A stretch of 64,000 bases of DNA, taken from Eledone cirrhosa. Its lineage: Eukaryota. Shown here piece by piece: positions 41,621-55,500 of this stretch; position 1 is the first letter of the stretch, and the number at the start of each line of letters is the position of its first letter. A program made the translations under genes and the position numbers. The stretch is taken from positions 19,902,001-19,966,000 of the forward strand of contig OZ024740.1 in assembly GCA_964016885.1 (NCBI GenBank), in the 5' to 3' direction. The notes under the pieces were generated by a model. It saw only the letters and a list, made by a program, of their open reading frames with translations, was not told the DNA's origin and searched no databases.

Positions 41621-44600
41621 CAGTGTCCTCTCGACAGCTAACAACTGATGCAGTGATTCGACATCTAACAACTGATACAGTCTCCTCTCGACAGCTAACA
41701 ACTGTTGCAGTGTCCCGACAGCTAACAACTGATGCAGTGTCCTCTCGACAGCTAACAACTGATGCAGTGTCCTCTCGACAGCTAACAACTGATGCAGTGT
41801 ACCGACAGCTAACAACTGATGCAGTGTCCTCTCGACAGCTAACAACTGATGCAGTGTCCTCTCGACAGCTAACAACTGATGCAGTGTCCCGACAGCTAAC
41901 AACTGATGCAGTGTCCTCTCGACAGCTAACAACTGATGCAGTGTCCTCTCGACAGCTAACAACTGATGCAGTGTCCCGACAGCTAACAACTGATGCAGTG
42001 TCCTCTCGGCAGCTAACAACTGATGCAGTGTCCCGACAGCTAACAACTGATGCAGTGTCCTCTCGAAAGCTAACAACTGATGCAGTATCCCGACAGCTAA
42101 CAACTGATGCAGTGTCCCGACAGCTAACAACTGATGTAGTGTCTCGACATCTAACAACTGATGCAGTGTCCTCTCGACAGCTAACAACTGATGCAGTGAT
42201 TCGACATCTAACAACTGATACAGTGTCCTCTCGACAGCTAACAACTGATGCAGTGTCCCGACAGCTAACAACTGATGCAGTGTCTTCTCAACAGCTAACA
42301 ACTGATGCAGTGTCCTCTCGACAGCTAACAACTGATGCAGTGTCCCGACAGCTAACAACTGATGCAGTGTCTCGACATCTAACAACTGATACAGTGTCCC
42401 GACAGCTAACAACTGATACAGTGTCCCGACAGCTAACAAATGATGCAGTGTCCTCTCGACAGCTAACAACTGATGCAGTGTCCTCTCGACAGCTAACAAT
42501 TGATGCAGTGTCTCGACAGCTAACAACTGATGCAGTGTCTCGACAGCTAACAATAGATGCAGTGTCCTTCCGACAGCTAACAACTGATGCAGTGTCCTCT
42601 CGACAGCTAACAACTGATGCAGTGTCCTCTCGACAGCTAACAACTGATGCAGTGTCCCGACAGCTAACAACTGATGCAGTGTCTCGACAGCTAAGAAATG
42701 ATGCAATGATTCGACAGCTAACAACTGATGGAGTGTCTCGACAGCTAACAACTGATGCAGTGTCTCCACAGCTAACAACTGGTGCAGTGTCCTTCCGACA
42801 GCTAACAACTGATGCAGTGTCCTCTCGACAGGTAACAACTGATACAGTGATTCGACATCTAACAACTGATGCAATGTCCTCTCGACAGCTAACAACTGAT
42901 GCAGTGTCCTCAGGACAGCTAACAACTAAAGCATTGATTCGACATCTAACAACTGATACAGTGTCCTCTAGACAGCTAACAACTGATGCAGTGCTCAGAC
43001 AGCTAACAACTGATGCAGTGTCCTCGCGACAGCTAACAACTGATGCAGTGTCCCGACAGCTAAAAACTGATGCAGTGTCTCGACAGCTAACAACTGATGC
43101 AGTGTCCTCTCGACAGCTAACAAAATATGCAGTTTCCTCTCGACAGCTAACACCTGATGCAGTGTCCTTTCGACAGCTAACAACTGATGCAGTGTCCTCT
43201 CGACAGCTAACAAAATATGCAGTTTCTTCTCGACAGCTAACAACTGATGCAGTGTTCTCCCGACAGATAAAAATTGATGCAGTGTCCTCTCGACAGCTAA
43301 CAACTTATGCAGTGTTCCGACAGCTAACAACTGATGCAATGTCCCCTCGACAGCTAAAAACTGATGCAGTGTCCCAATAGCTAATAACTGATGCAGTGTC
43401 CCGACAGCTAACAACTGATGCAGTGTCTCGACAGCTAACAACTGTTGCAGTGTCCCGAAAGCTAACAACTGATGCAGTGTCTCGACAGCTAACAACTGAT
43501 GCAGTGTCCCGAAAGCTAACAACTGATGCAGTGTCTCGACAGCTGACAACTGATGCAGTGTCCCGAAAGCTAACAACTGATGCAGTGTCTCGACAGCTAA
43601 CAACTGCTGCAGTGTCCCGACATCTAACAACTGATGCAGTGTCCCGACAGCTAACAACTGATGCAGTGTCCTCTCGACAGCTAACAACTGATGCAGTGTC
43701 CCAACAGCTAACAACTGATGCAGTGTCCTCTCGACAGTTAACAACTGATACAGTGTCCTCTCCACAGCTAACAACTGATGCAGTGTCCCGACAGCTAACA
43801 ACTGATGCAGTGTCCTCTCGACAGCTAACAACTGATGCAGTGTCCTCTCGACAGCTAACAACTGATGCAGTGTGCCGACAGCTAACAACTGATGCAGTGT
43901 CCCCCCGACGGCTAACAACTGATGCAGTGTCCCGACAGCTAACAACTGATGCAGTGTCCTCTCGAAAGCTAACAACTGATGCAGTGTCCCGACAGCTAAC
44001 AACTGATGCAGTATCCCGACAGCTAACAACTGATACAGTGTCTCGACAGCTAACAACTGATGCAGTGTCCCGACAGATAACAACTGATGCAGTGTCTCGA
44101 CAGCTAACAACTGATGCAGTGTCTCGACAGCTAACAACTGATGCAGTGTCCTTCCGACAGCTAACAACTGATGCAGTGTCCTCTCGACAGCTAACAACTG
44201 ATGCAGTGATTCGACAGCTAACAACTGATGCAGTGTCCTCTCGACAGCTAACAACTGATGCAGTGATTCGACATCTAACAACTGATACAGTGTCCTCTCG
44301 ACAGCTAACAACTGTTGCAGTGTCCCGACAGCTAACAACTGATGCAGTGTCCTCTCGACAGCTAACAACTGATGCAGTGTCCTCTCGACAGCTAACAACT
44401 GATGCAGTGTACCGACAGCTAACAACTGATGCAGTGTCCTCTCGACAGCTAACAACTGATGCAGTGTCCCGACAGCTAACAACTGATGCAGTGTCCTCTC
44501 GACAGCTAAGAACTGATGCAATGTCCCGACAGCTAACAACTGATGCAGTGTCCTCTCGAAAGCTAACAACTGATGCAGTATCCCGACAGCTAACAACTGA

Positions 44601-47600
44601 TGCAGTGTCCCGACAGCTAACAACTGATGCAGTGTCTCGACAGCTAACAACTGATGCAGTGTCTCGACAGCTAACAACTGATGCAGTGTCTCGACAGCTA
44701 ACAACTGATGCAGTGTCCTTCCGACAGCTAACAACTGATGCAGTGTCCTCTAGACAGCTAAAAACTGATGCAGTGATTCGACATCTAACAACTGATGCAG
44801 TGTCCTCTCGACAGCTAACATCTGATGCAGTGTCTCGACAGCTAACAGCTGACGCAGTGTCTCGACAGCTAACAACTGATGCAGTGTCCATGCAGGTAAC
44901 AACTGATGCAGTGTCCTCTCGACAGCTAACAACTTATGCAGTGTCCTCTCGACAGCTAACAACTGATGTAGTGTCCTCTCGACAGCTAACAACTGATGAA
45001 GTGTCCTCTCGACAGCTAACAACTGATGCAATGTCCTCTATACAGCTAACAACTTACGCAGTGTCCTCTCGACAGCTAACAACTGATGCAGTGTCCTCTC
45101 GACAGCTAACAACTTATGCAGTGTCCTCTCGACAGCTAACAACTGATGTAGTGTCCTCTCGACAGCTAACAACTGATGAAGTGTCCTCTCGACAGCTAAC
45201 AACTGATGCAATGTCCTCTATACAGCTAACAACTTATGCAGTGTCCTCTCGACAGCTAACAACTTATGCAGTGTCCTCTCGACAGCTAATATCTGATGCA
45301 GTGTCTCGACAGCTAACAACTGATGCAGTGTCCCGACAGCTAACAACTGATGCTGTGTCTCGACATCTAACAACTGATGCAGTGTCCCAACAGCTAACAA
45401 CTGATGCAGTGTCCTCTCGACAGCTAACAACTGATGCAGTGTCCCGACAGCTAACAACTGATGCAGTGTCCTCTCGACGGCTAACAACTGATGCAGTGTC
45501 CCGACAGCAACAACTGATGCAGTGTCCTCTCGAAAGCTAACAACTGATGCAGTGTCCCGACAGCTAACAACTGATGCAGTGTCCCGACAGCTAACAACTG
45601 ATGCAGTGTCTCGACAGCTAACAACAGATGCAGTGTCCCGACAGCTAACAACTTATGCAGTGTCTCGACAGCTAACAACTGATGCAGTGTCTCGACAGCT
45701 AACAACTGATGCAGTGTCCTTCCGACAGCTAACAACTGATGCAGTGTCCTCTCGACAGCTAACAACTGATGCAGTGATTCGACAGCTAACAACTGAGGCA
45801 GTGTCCTCTCGACAGCTAACAACTGATGCAGTGATTCGACATCTAACAACTGATACAGTCTCCTCTCGACAGCTAACAACTGTTGCAGTGTCCCGACAGC
45901 TAACAACTGATGCAGTGTCCTCTCGACAGCTAACAACTGATGCAGTGTCCTCTCGACAGCTAACAACTGATGCAGTGTACCGACAGCTAACAACTGATGC
46001 AGTGTCCTCTCGACAGCTAACAACTGATGCAGTGTCCTCTCGACAGCTAACAACTGATGCAGTGTCCCGACAGCTAACAACTGATGCAGTGTCCTCTCGA
46101 CAGCTAACAACTGATGCAGTGTCCTCTCGACAGCTAACAACTGATGCAGTGTCCCGACAGCTAACAACTGATGCAGTGTCCTCTCGGCAGCTAACAACTG
46201 ATGCAGTGTCCCGACAGCTAACAACTGATGCAGTGTCCTCTCGAAAGCTAACAACTGATGCAGTATCCCGACAGCTAACAACTGATGCAGTGTCCCGACA
46301 GCTAACAACTGATGTAGTGTCTCGACATCTAACAACTGATGCAGTGTCCTCTCGACAGCTAACAACTGATGCAGTGATTCGACATCTAACAACTGATACA
46401 GTGTCCTCTCGACAGCTAACAACTGATGCAGTGTCCCGACAGCTAACAACTGATGCAGTGTCTTCTCAACAGCTAACAACTGATGCAGTGTCCTCTCGAC
46501 AGCTAACAACTGATGCAGTGTCCCGACAGCTAACAACTGATGCAGTGTCTCGACATCTAACAACTGATACAGTGTTCCGACAGCTAACAACTGATACAGT
46601 GTCCCGACAGCTAACAAATGATGCAGTGTCCTCTCGACAGCTAACAACTGATGCAGTGTCCTCTCGACAGCTAACAATTGATGCAGTGTCTCGACAGCTA
46701 ACAACTGATGCAGTGTCTCGACAGCTAACAATAGATGCAGTGTCCTTCCGACAGCTAACAACTGATGCAGTGTCCTCTCGACAGCTAACAACTGATGCAG
46801 TGTCCTCTCGACAGCTAACAACTGATGCAGTGTCCCGACAGCTAACAACTGATGCAGTGTCTCGACAGCTAAGAAATGATGCAATGATTCGACAGCTAAC
46901 AACTGATGGAGTGTCTCGACAGCTAACAACTGATGCAGTGTCTCCACAGCTAACAACTGGTGCAGTGTCCTTCCGACAGCTAACAACTGATGCAGTGTCC
47001 TCTCGACAGGTAACAACTGATACAGTGATTCGACATCTAACAACTGATGCAATGTCCTCTCGACAGCTAACAACTGATGCAGTGTCCTCAGGACAGCTAA
47101 CAACTAAAGCATTGATTCGACATCTAACAACTGATACAGTGTCCTCTAGACAGCTAACAACTGATGCAGTGCTCAGACAGCTAACAACTGATGCAGTGTC
47201 CTCGCGACAGCTAACAACTGATGCAGTGTCCCGACAGCTAAAAACTGATGCAGTGTCTCGACAGCTAACAACTGATGCAGTGTCCTCTCGACAGCTAACA
47301 AAATATGCAGTTTCCTCTCGACAGCTAACACCTGATGCAGTGTCCTTTCGACAGCTAACAACTGATGCAGTGTCCTCTCGACAGCTAACAAAATATGCAG
47401 TTTCTTCTCGACAGCTAACAACTGATGCAGTGTTCTCCCGACAGATAAAAATTGATGCAGTGTCCTCTCGACAGCTAACAACTTATGCAGTGTTCCGACA
47501 GCTAACAACTGATGCAGTGTCCCCTCGACAGCTAAAAACTGATGCAGTGTCCCAATAGCTAATAACTGATGCAGTGTCCCGACAGCTAACAACTGATGCA

Positions 47601-47890
47601 GTGTCTCGACAGCTAACAACTGTTGCAGTGTCCCGAAAGCTAACAACTGATGCAGTGTCTCGACAGCTAACAACTGATGCAGTGTCCCGAAAGCTAACAA
47701 CTGATGCAGTGTCTCGACAGCTGACAACTGATGCAGTGTCCCGAAAGCTAACAACTGATGCAGTGTCTCGACAGCTAACAACTGCTGCAGTGTCCCGACA
47801 TCTAACAACTGATGCAGTGTCCCGACAGCTAACAACTGATGCAGTGTCCTCTCGACAGCTAACAACTGATGCAGTGTCCCAACAGCTAAC
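39530..47890 (+). repeat. Tandem higher-order repeat, 2 x 4179/4178 bp, overlapping the second 2886-bp copy
   Basis: TCTAGA at 40570/44749 (4179) and 42967/47145 (4178, after a 1-bp deletion at 45508); CAATAG stop ending 43380/47558; TCAGGA and ACTAAAGCATTG variants in both copies. Confidence 0.93.
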
Positions 47891-47899
47891 AACTGATGC

Positions 47900-49400
47900 A
47901 GTGTCCCGAAAGCTAACAACTGATGCAGTGTCTAGACAGCTAACAACTGATGCAGTGTCCCAACAGCTAACAACTGATGCAGTGTCCCGAAAGCTAACAA
48001 CTGATGCAGTGTCTAGACAGCTAACAACTGATGCAGTGTCTCGACAGCTAACAACTGATGCAGTGTCTCGACAGCTAACAACTGATGCAGTGTCCTCTCG
48101 ACAGCTAACAACTGATTCAGTGTCTTCTCGACAACTAACAACTGATGCAGTGTCCCGACAGCTAACAACTGATGCAGTGTCCTCTCGACAGCTAACAACT
48201 GATGCAGTGTCTCAAGAGCTAACAACTGATGCAGTGTCCCGACAGCTAACAACTGATGCAGTGTCTTCTCGACTGCTAGTAACTGATGCAGTGTCCTCTC
48301 GACAGCTAACAACTGATGCAGTGCCTCGACAGCTAACACCTGATGTAGTGTCCTCTCGACAGCTAACAACTTATGCAGTGTCCCGCAGCTAACAACTGAT
48401 GCAGTGCCTCTACAGCTAACAACTGCTGCAGTGTCCCGACAGCTAACAACTGATGCAGTGTCTCGACAGCTAACAACTGATGCAGTGTCCTCTCGACAGC
48501 TAACATCTGATGCAGTGTCCCAACAGCTAACAACTGATGCAGTGTCCTCTCGAAAGCTAAAAACTGATGAGTGTCCTCTAGACAGCTAACAAATTATGCA
48601 GTGTCCCGACAGCTAACAACTGATGCAGTGTCTCGAAATCTAACAACTGATGCAGTGTCCCGACAGCTAACAACTGATGCAGTGTCCTGACAGCTGACAA
48701 CTGACGCAGTGTACCGACAGCTAACAACTGATGCAGTGTCTCGACATCTAACAACTGATGCAGTGTCCCAACAGCTAACAACTGATGCAGTGTCCCAACA
48801 GCTAACAACTGATGCAGTGTCCTCTCGACAGCTAACAACTGATGCAGTGTCCCGACAGCTAACAACTGATGCAGTGTCCTCTTGACGGCTAACAACTGAT
48901 GCAGTGTCCGCTCGACAGCTAACAACTGATGCAGTGTCACGACAGCTAACAACTGATGCAGTGTCCTCTTGACAGCTAAAAACTGATGCAGTGTCCTCTA
49001 GACAGCTAACAAATTATGCAGTGTCCCAACAGCTAACAACTGATGCAGTGTCTCGAAATCTAACAACTGATGCAGTGTCCCGACAGCTAACAACTGATGC
49101 AGTGTCTCGACAGCTAACAACTGATGCAGTGTCCTCTCGACAGCTATCAACTGATGCAGTGTCCCGACAGCTAACAACTGATGCAGTGTCCTCTTGACAG
49201 CTAACAACTGATGCAGTGTCCTCTCGACAGCTAACAACTGATGCAGTGTCCCGACAGCTAACAACTGATGCAGTGTCCCGACAGCTAACAACTGATGCAG
49301 TGCTCAGACAGCTAACAACTTATGCAGTGCTCAGAGAGCTAACAACTGATGCAGTGTCTCGACAGCTAACAACTGATGCAGTGTCCTCTCGACAGCTAAC
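47900..49400 (+). repeat. Degenerate transition segment of the array, with no long duplicate in the window
   Basis: High density of private substitutions, 1-bp deletions after 48385 and 48569, and several CGA>TGA changes (~48688, ~48883, ~48970, ~49195). The CAAGAG and CGAAAT variants first appear here. Confidence 0.75.
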
Positions 49401-49539
49401 AACTGATGCAGTGTCTCGACAGCTAACAACTGATGCAGTGTCCTCTCGACAGCTAACAACTGATGCAGTGTCCTCTCGACAGCTAACATCTGATGCAGTG
49501 TCTCGACAGCTAACAACTGATGCAGTGTCTCGACAGCTA

Positions 49540-52500
49540 ACAACTGATGCAGTGTCCACGCAGGTAACAACTGATGCAGTGTCCTCTATACAGCTAACAA
49601 CTGATGCAATGTCCTCTATACAGCTAACAACTTATGCAGTGTCCTCTCGACAGCTAACAACTGATGCAGTGTCCTCTCGACAGCTAACAACTGATGCAGT
49701 GTCCTCTCGACAGCTAACAACTGATGCAGTGTCCCGACAGCTAACGACTGATGCAGTGTCTCGACATCTAACAACTGATGCAGTGTCCCAACAGCTAACA
49801 ACTGATGCAGTGTCCTTTCGACAGCTAACAACTGATGCAGTGTCCCGATAGCTAACAACTGATGCAGTGTCCTCTCGACAGCTAACAACTGATGCAGTGT
49901 CCTCTCGACAGCTAACAACTGATGCAGTGTCCCGACAGCTAACAACTGATGCAGTGTCCTCTCGACAGCTAACAACTGATGCAGTGTCCCGACAGCTAAC
50001 AACTGATGCAGTGTCCTCTCGAAAGCTAACAACTGATGCAGTGTCCCGACAGCTAACAACTGATGCAGTGTCCCGACAGCTAACAACTGATGCAGTGTCT
50101 CGACAGCTAACAACTGATGCAGTGTCCTTCCGACAGCTAAACAACTGATGCAGTGTCCTTTCGACAGCTAAAAACTGATGCAGTGATTCGACATCTAACA
50201 ACTGATGCAGTGTCCTCTCGACAGATAACAACTGATGCAGTGATTCGACAGCTAACAACTGATGCAGTGTCCTCTCGACAGCTAACAACTGATGCAGTGA
50301 TTCGACATCTAACAACTGATACAGTGTCCTCTCGACAGCTAACAACTGATGCAGTGCTCAGACAGCTAACAACTGATGCAGTGTCCTCGCGACAGCTAAC
50401 AACTGATGCAGTGTCCCGACAGCTAAAATCTGATGAGGTGTCTCGACAGCTAACAACTGATGCAGTGTCCTTTCGACAGCTAACAACTGATGCAGTGTCC
50501 TCTCGACAGCTAACAAAATATGCAGTTTCTTATCGACAGCTAACAACTGATGCAGTGTCCTCTCGACAGATAACAACTGATGCAGTGTCCTCTCGACAGC
50601 TAACAAATGATGCAGTGTTCCGACAGCTAACAACTGATGCAGTGTCCCCTCGACAGCTAACAACTGATGCAGTGTCCCAACAGCTAACAACTGATACAGT
50701 GTCTCGACAGCTAACAACTGATGCAGTGTCCCGAAAGCTAACAACTGATGCAGTGTCTCGAGAAGCTAACAACTGATGCAGTGTCCCGAAAGCTAAGAAC
50801 TGATGAAGTGTCTAGACAGCTAACAACTGATGCAGTGTCCCAACAGCTAACAACTGATGCAGTGTCCTCTCGACAGCAAACAACTGATGCAGTGTCCCGA
50901 CAGCTAACAACTGATGCAGTGTCCCGACAGCTAACAACCGATGCAGTGTCCTCTCGACTGCTAACAACTGATGCAGTGTCCTCTCGACAGCTAACAACTG
51001 ATGCAGTGTCTCAAGAGCTAACAACTGATGCAGTGTCCCGACAGCTAACAACTGATGCAGTGTCAACTCGACAGCTAACAACTGCTGCCGTGTCCCGACA
51101 GCTAACAACTGATGCAGTGTCCCAACAGCTAACAACTGATGCAGTGTCCTCTCGACAGCTAACAACTGATGCAGTGTCTCGAAATCTAACAACTGATGCA
51201 GTGTCCCGACAGCTAACAACTGATGCAGTGTCCTCTCGACAGCTAACAACTGATGCAGTGTCCTTACAGCTGACAACTGATGCAGTGTCCCGACAGCTAA
51301 CAACTGATGCAGTGTCTCGACAGCTAACAACTGATGCAGTGACCCGACAGCTAACAACTGATGCAGTGATTCGACATCTAACCACTGATGCAGTGTCCTC
51401 TCGACAGCTAACAACTGATGCAGTGTCTCAAGAGCTAACAACTGATGCAGTGTCCCGACAGCTAACAACTGATGCAGTGTCAACTCGACAGCTAACAACT
51501 GCTGCAGTGTCCCGACAGCTAACAACCGATACAGTGTCTCGACAGCTAACAACTGATGCAGTGTCCTCTCGACAGCTAACAACTGATGCAGTGTCCTCTC
51601 GAAAGCTAAAAACTCATGCAGTGTCCTCTCGACAGCTAACAACTGATGCAGTGTCTCGAAATCTAACAACTGATGCAGTGTCCCGACAGCTAACAACTGA
51701 TGCAGTGTCCTCTCGACAGCTAACAACTGATGCAGTGTCCTTACAGCTGACAACTGATGCAGTGTCCCGACAGCTAACAACTGATGCAGTGTCTCGACAG
51801 CTAACAACTGATGCAGTGACCCGACAGCTAACAACTGATGCAGTGATTCGACATCTAACAACTGATGCAGTGTCCTCTCGACAGCTAACAACTGATGCAG
51901 TGTCCTCCCGACAGCTAACAACTGATGCAGTGTCCTCTCGACACCTAACAACTGATGCAGTGTCCTCTCGACAGCTAACAACTGATGATGTGTCTCGACA
52001 GCTAACAACTGATGCAGTGTCCTCTCGACAGCTAACAACTGATGCAGTGTCCTCTCGACAGCTAACATCTGATGCAGTGTCTCGACAGCTAACAACTGAT
52101 GCAGTGTCTCGACAGCTAACAACTGATGCAGTGTCTCGACAGCTAAACAACTGATGCAGTGTCTCGACAGCTAACAACTGATGCAGTGTCCTTCCGACAG
52201 CTAAAAACTAATGCAGTGTCCTCTCGTCAGCTAACAACTGATGCAGTGATTTGACATCTAACAACTGATGCAGTGTCCTCTCGACAGCTAACAACTGATG
52301 CAGTGTCCTCTCGACAGCTAACAACTGATGCAGTGTCTCGACAGCTAACAACTGATGCAGTGTCTCGACAGCTAACAACTGATGCAGTGTCCTCTCGACA
52401 GCTAACAACTGATGCAGTGTCCTCTCGACAGCTAACAACTGATGCAGTGTCTCAAGAGCTAACAACTGATGCAGTGTCCCGACAGCTAACAACTGATGCA

Positions 52501-55500
52501 GTGTCAGCTCGACAGCTAACAACTGATGCAGTGTCCTCTCGACAGCTAACAACTGATGCAGTGCCTCGACAGCTAACAACTGATGTAGTGTCCTCTCGAC
52601 AGCTAACAACCTATGCAGTGTCCCTACAGCTAACAACTGATGCAGCGTCTCGAAATCTAACCACTGATGCAGTGCCCCGACAGCTAACAACTGATGCAGT
52701 GTCCTCTCGACAGCTAACAACTGATGCAGTGTCCTGACAGCTGACAACTGATGCAGTGTCCCGACAGCTAACAACTGATGCAGTGTCTCGAAAGCTAACA
52801 ACTGATGCAGTGACCCGACAGCTAACAGCTGATGCAGTGATTCGACATCTAACCACTGATGCAGTGTCCTCTCGACAGCTAACAACTGATGCAGTGTCCT
52901 CCCGACAGCTAACAACTGATGCAGTGTCCCGACAGCTAACAACTGATGCAGTGTCTCGACAGCTAACAACTGATGCAGTGACCCGACAGCTAACAACTGA
53001 TGCAGTGATTCGACATCTAACAACTGATGCAGTGTCCCAACAGCTAACAACTGATGCAGTGTCCTTTCGACAGCTAACAACTGATGCAGTGTCCCGATAG
53101 CTAACAACTGATGCAGTGTCCTCTCGACAGCTAACAACTGATGCAGTGTCCTCTCGACAGCTAACAACTGATGCAGTGTCCCGACAGCTAACAACTGATG
53201 CAGTGTCCTCTCGACAGCTAACAACTGATGCAGTGTCCCGACAGCTAACAACTGATGCAGTGTCCTCTCGACAGCTAACAACTGATGCAGTGTCCACGCA
53301 GGTAACAACTGATGCAGTGTCCTCTATACAGCTAACAACTGATGCAATGTCCTCTATACAGCTAACAACTTATGCAGTGTCCTCTCGACAGCTAACAACT
53401 GATGCAGTGTCCTCTCGACAGCTAACAACTGATGCAGTGTCCTCTAGACAGCTAACAACTGATGCAGTGTCCCGACAGCTAACGACTGATGCAGTGTCTC
53501 GACATCTAACAACTGATGCAGTGTCCCAACAGCTAACAACTGATGCAGTGTCCTTTCGACAGCTAACAACTGATGCAGTGTCCCGATAGCTAACAACTGA
53601 TGCAGTGTCCTCTCGACAGCTAACAACTGATGCAGTGTCCTCTCGACAGCTAACAACTGATGCAGTGTCCCGACAGCTAACAACTGATGCAGTGTCCTCT
53701 CGACAGCTAACAACTGATGCAGTGTCCCGACAGCTAACAACTGATGCAGTGTCCTCTCGAAAGCTAACAACTGATGCAGTGTCCCGACAGCTAACAACTG
53801 ATGCAGTGTCCCGACAGCTAACAACTGATGCAGTGTCTCGACAGCTAACAACTGATGCAGTGTCCTTCCGACAGCTAAACAACTGATGCAGTGTCCTTTC
53901 GACAGCTAGAAACTGATGCAGTGATTCGACATCTAACAACTGATGCAGTGTCCTCTCGACAGATAACAACTGATGCAGTGATTCGACAGCTAACAACTGA
54001 TGCAGTGTCCTCTCGACAGCTAACAACTGATGCAGTGATTCGACATCTAACAACTGATACAGTGTCCTCTCGACAGCTAACAACTGATGCAGTGCTCAGA
54101 CAGCTAACAACTGATGCAGTGTCCTCGCGACAGCTAACAACTGATGCAGTGTCCCGACAGCTAAAATCTGATGAGGTGTCTCGACAGCTAACAACTGATG
54201 CAGTGTCCTTTCGACAGCTAACAACTGATGCAGTGTCCTCTCGACAGCTAACAAAATATGCAGTTTCTTATCGACAGCTAACAACTGATGCAGTGTCCTC
54301 TCGACAGATAACAACTGATGCAGTGTCCTCTCGACAGCTAACAAATGATGCAGTGTTCCGACAGCTAACAACTGATGCAGTGTCCCCTCGACAGCTAACA
54401 ACTGATGCAGTGTCCCAACAGCTAACAACTGATACAGTGTCTCGACAGCTAACAACTGATGCAGTGTCCCGAAAGCTAACAACTGATGCAGTGTCTCGAG
54501 AAGCTAACAACTGATGCAGTGTCCCGAAAGCTAACAACTGATGAAGTGTCTAGACAGCTAACAACTGATGCAGTGTCCCAACAGCTAACAACTGATGCAG
54601 TGTCCTCTCGACAGCAAACAACTGATGCAGTGTCCCGACAGCTAACAACTGATGCAGTGTCCCGACAGCTAACAACCGATGCAGTGTCCTCTCGACTGCT
54701 AACAACTGATGCAGTGTCCTCTCGACAGCTAACAACTGATGCAGTGTCTCAAGAGCTAACAACTGATGCAGTGTCCCGACAGCTAACAACTGATGCAGTG
54801 TCAACTCGACAGCTAACAACTGCTGCAGTGTCCCGACAGCTAACAACTGATGCAGTGTCCCAACAGCTAACAACTGATGCAGTGTCCTCTCGACAGCTAA
54901 CAACTGATGCAGTGTCTCGAAATCTAACAACTGATGCAGTGTCCCGACAGCTAACAACTGATGCAGTGTCCTCTCGACAGCTAACAACTGATGCAGTGTC
55001 TTTACAGCTGACAACTGATGCAGTGTCCCGACAGCTAACAACTGATGCAGTGTCTCGACAGCTAACAACTGATGCAGTGACCCGACAGCTAACAACTGAT
55101 GCAGTGATTCGACATCTAACCACTGATGCAGTGTCCTCTCGACAGCTAACAACTGATGCAGTGTCTCAAGAGCTAACAACTGATGCAGTGTCCCGACAGC
55201 TAACAACTGATGCAGTGTCAACTCGACAGCTAACAACTGCTGCAGTGTCCCGACAGCTAACAACTGATACAGTGTCTCGACAGCTAACAACTGATGCAGT
55301 GTCCTCTCGACAGCTAACAACTGATGCAGTGTCCCAACAGCTAACAACTGATGCAGTGTCCTCTCGAAAGCTAAAAACTGATGCAGTGTCCTCTCGACAG
55401 CTAACAACTGATGCAGTGTCTCGAAATCTAACAACTGATGCAGTGTCCCGACAGCTAACAACTGATGCAGTGTCCTCTCGACAGCTAACAACTGATGCAG

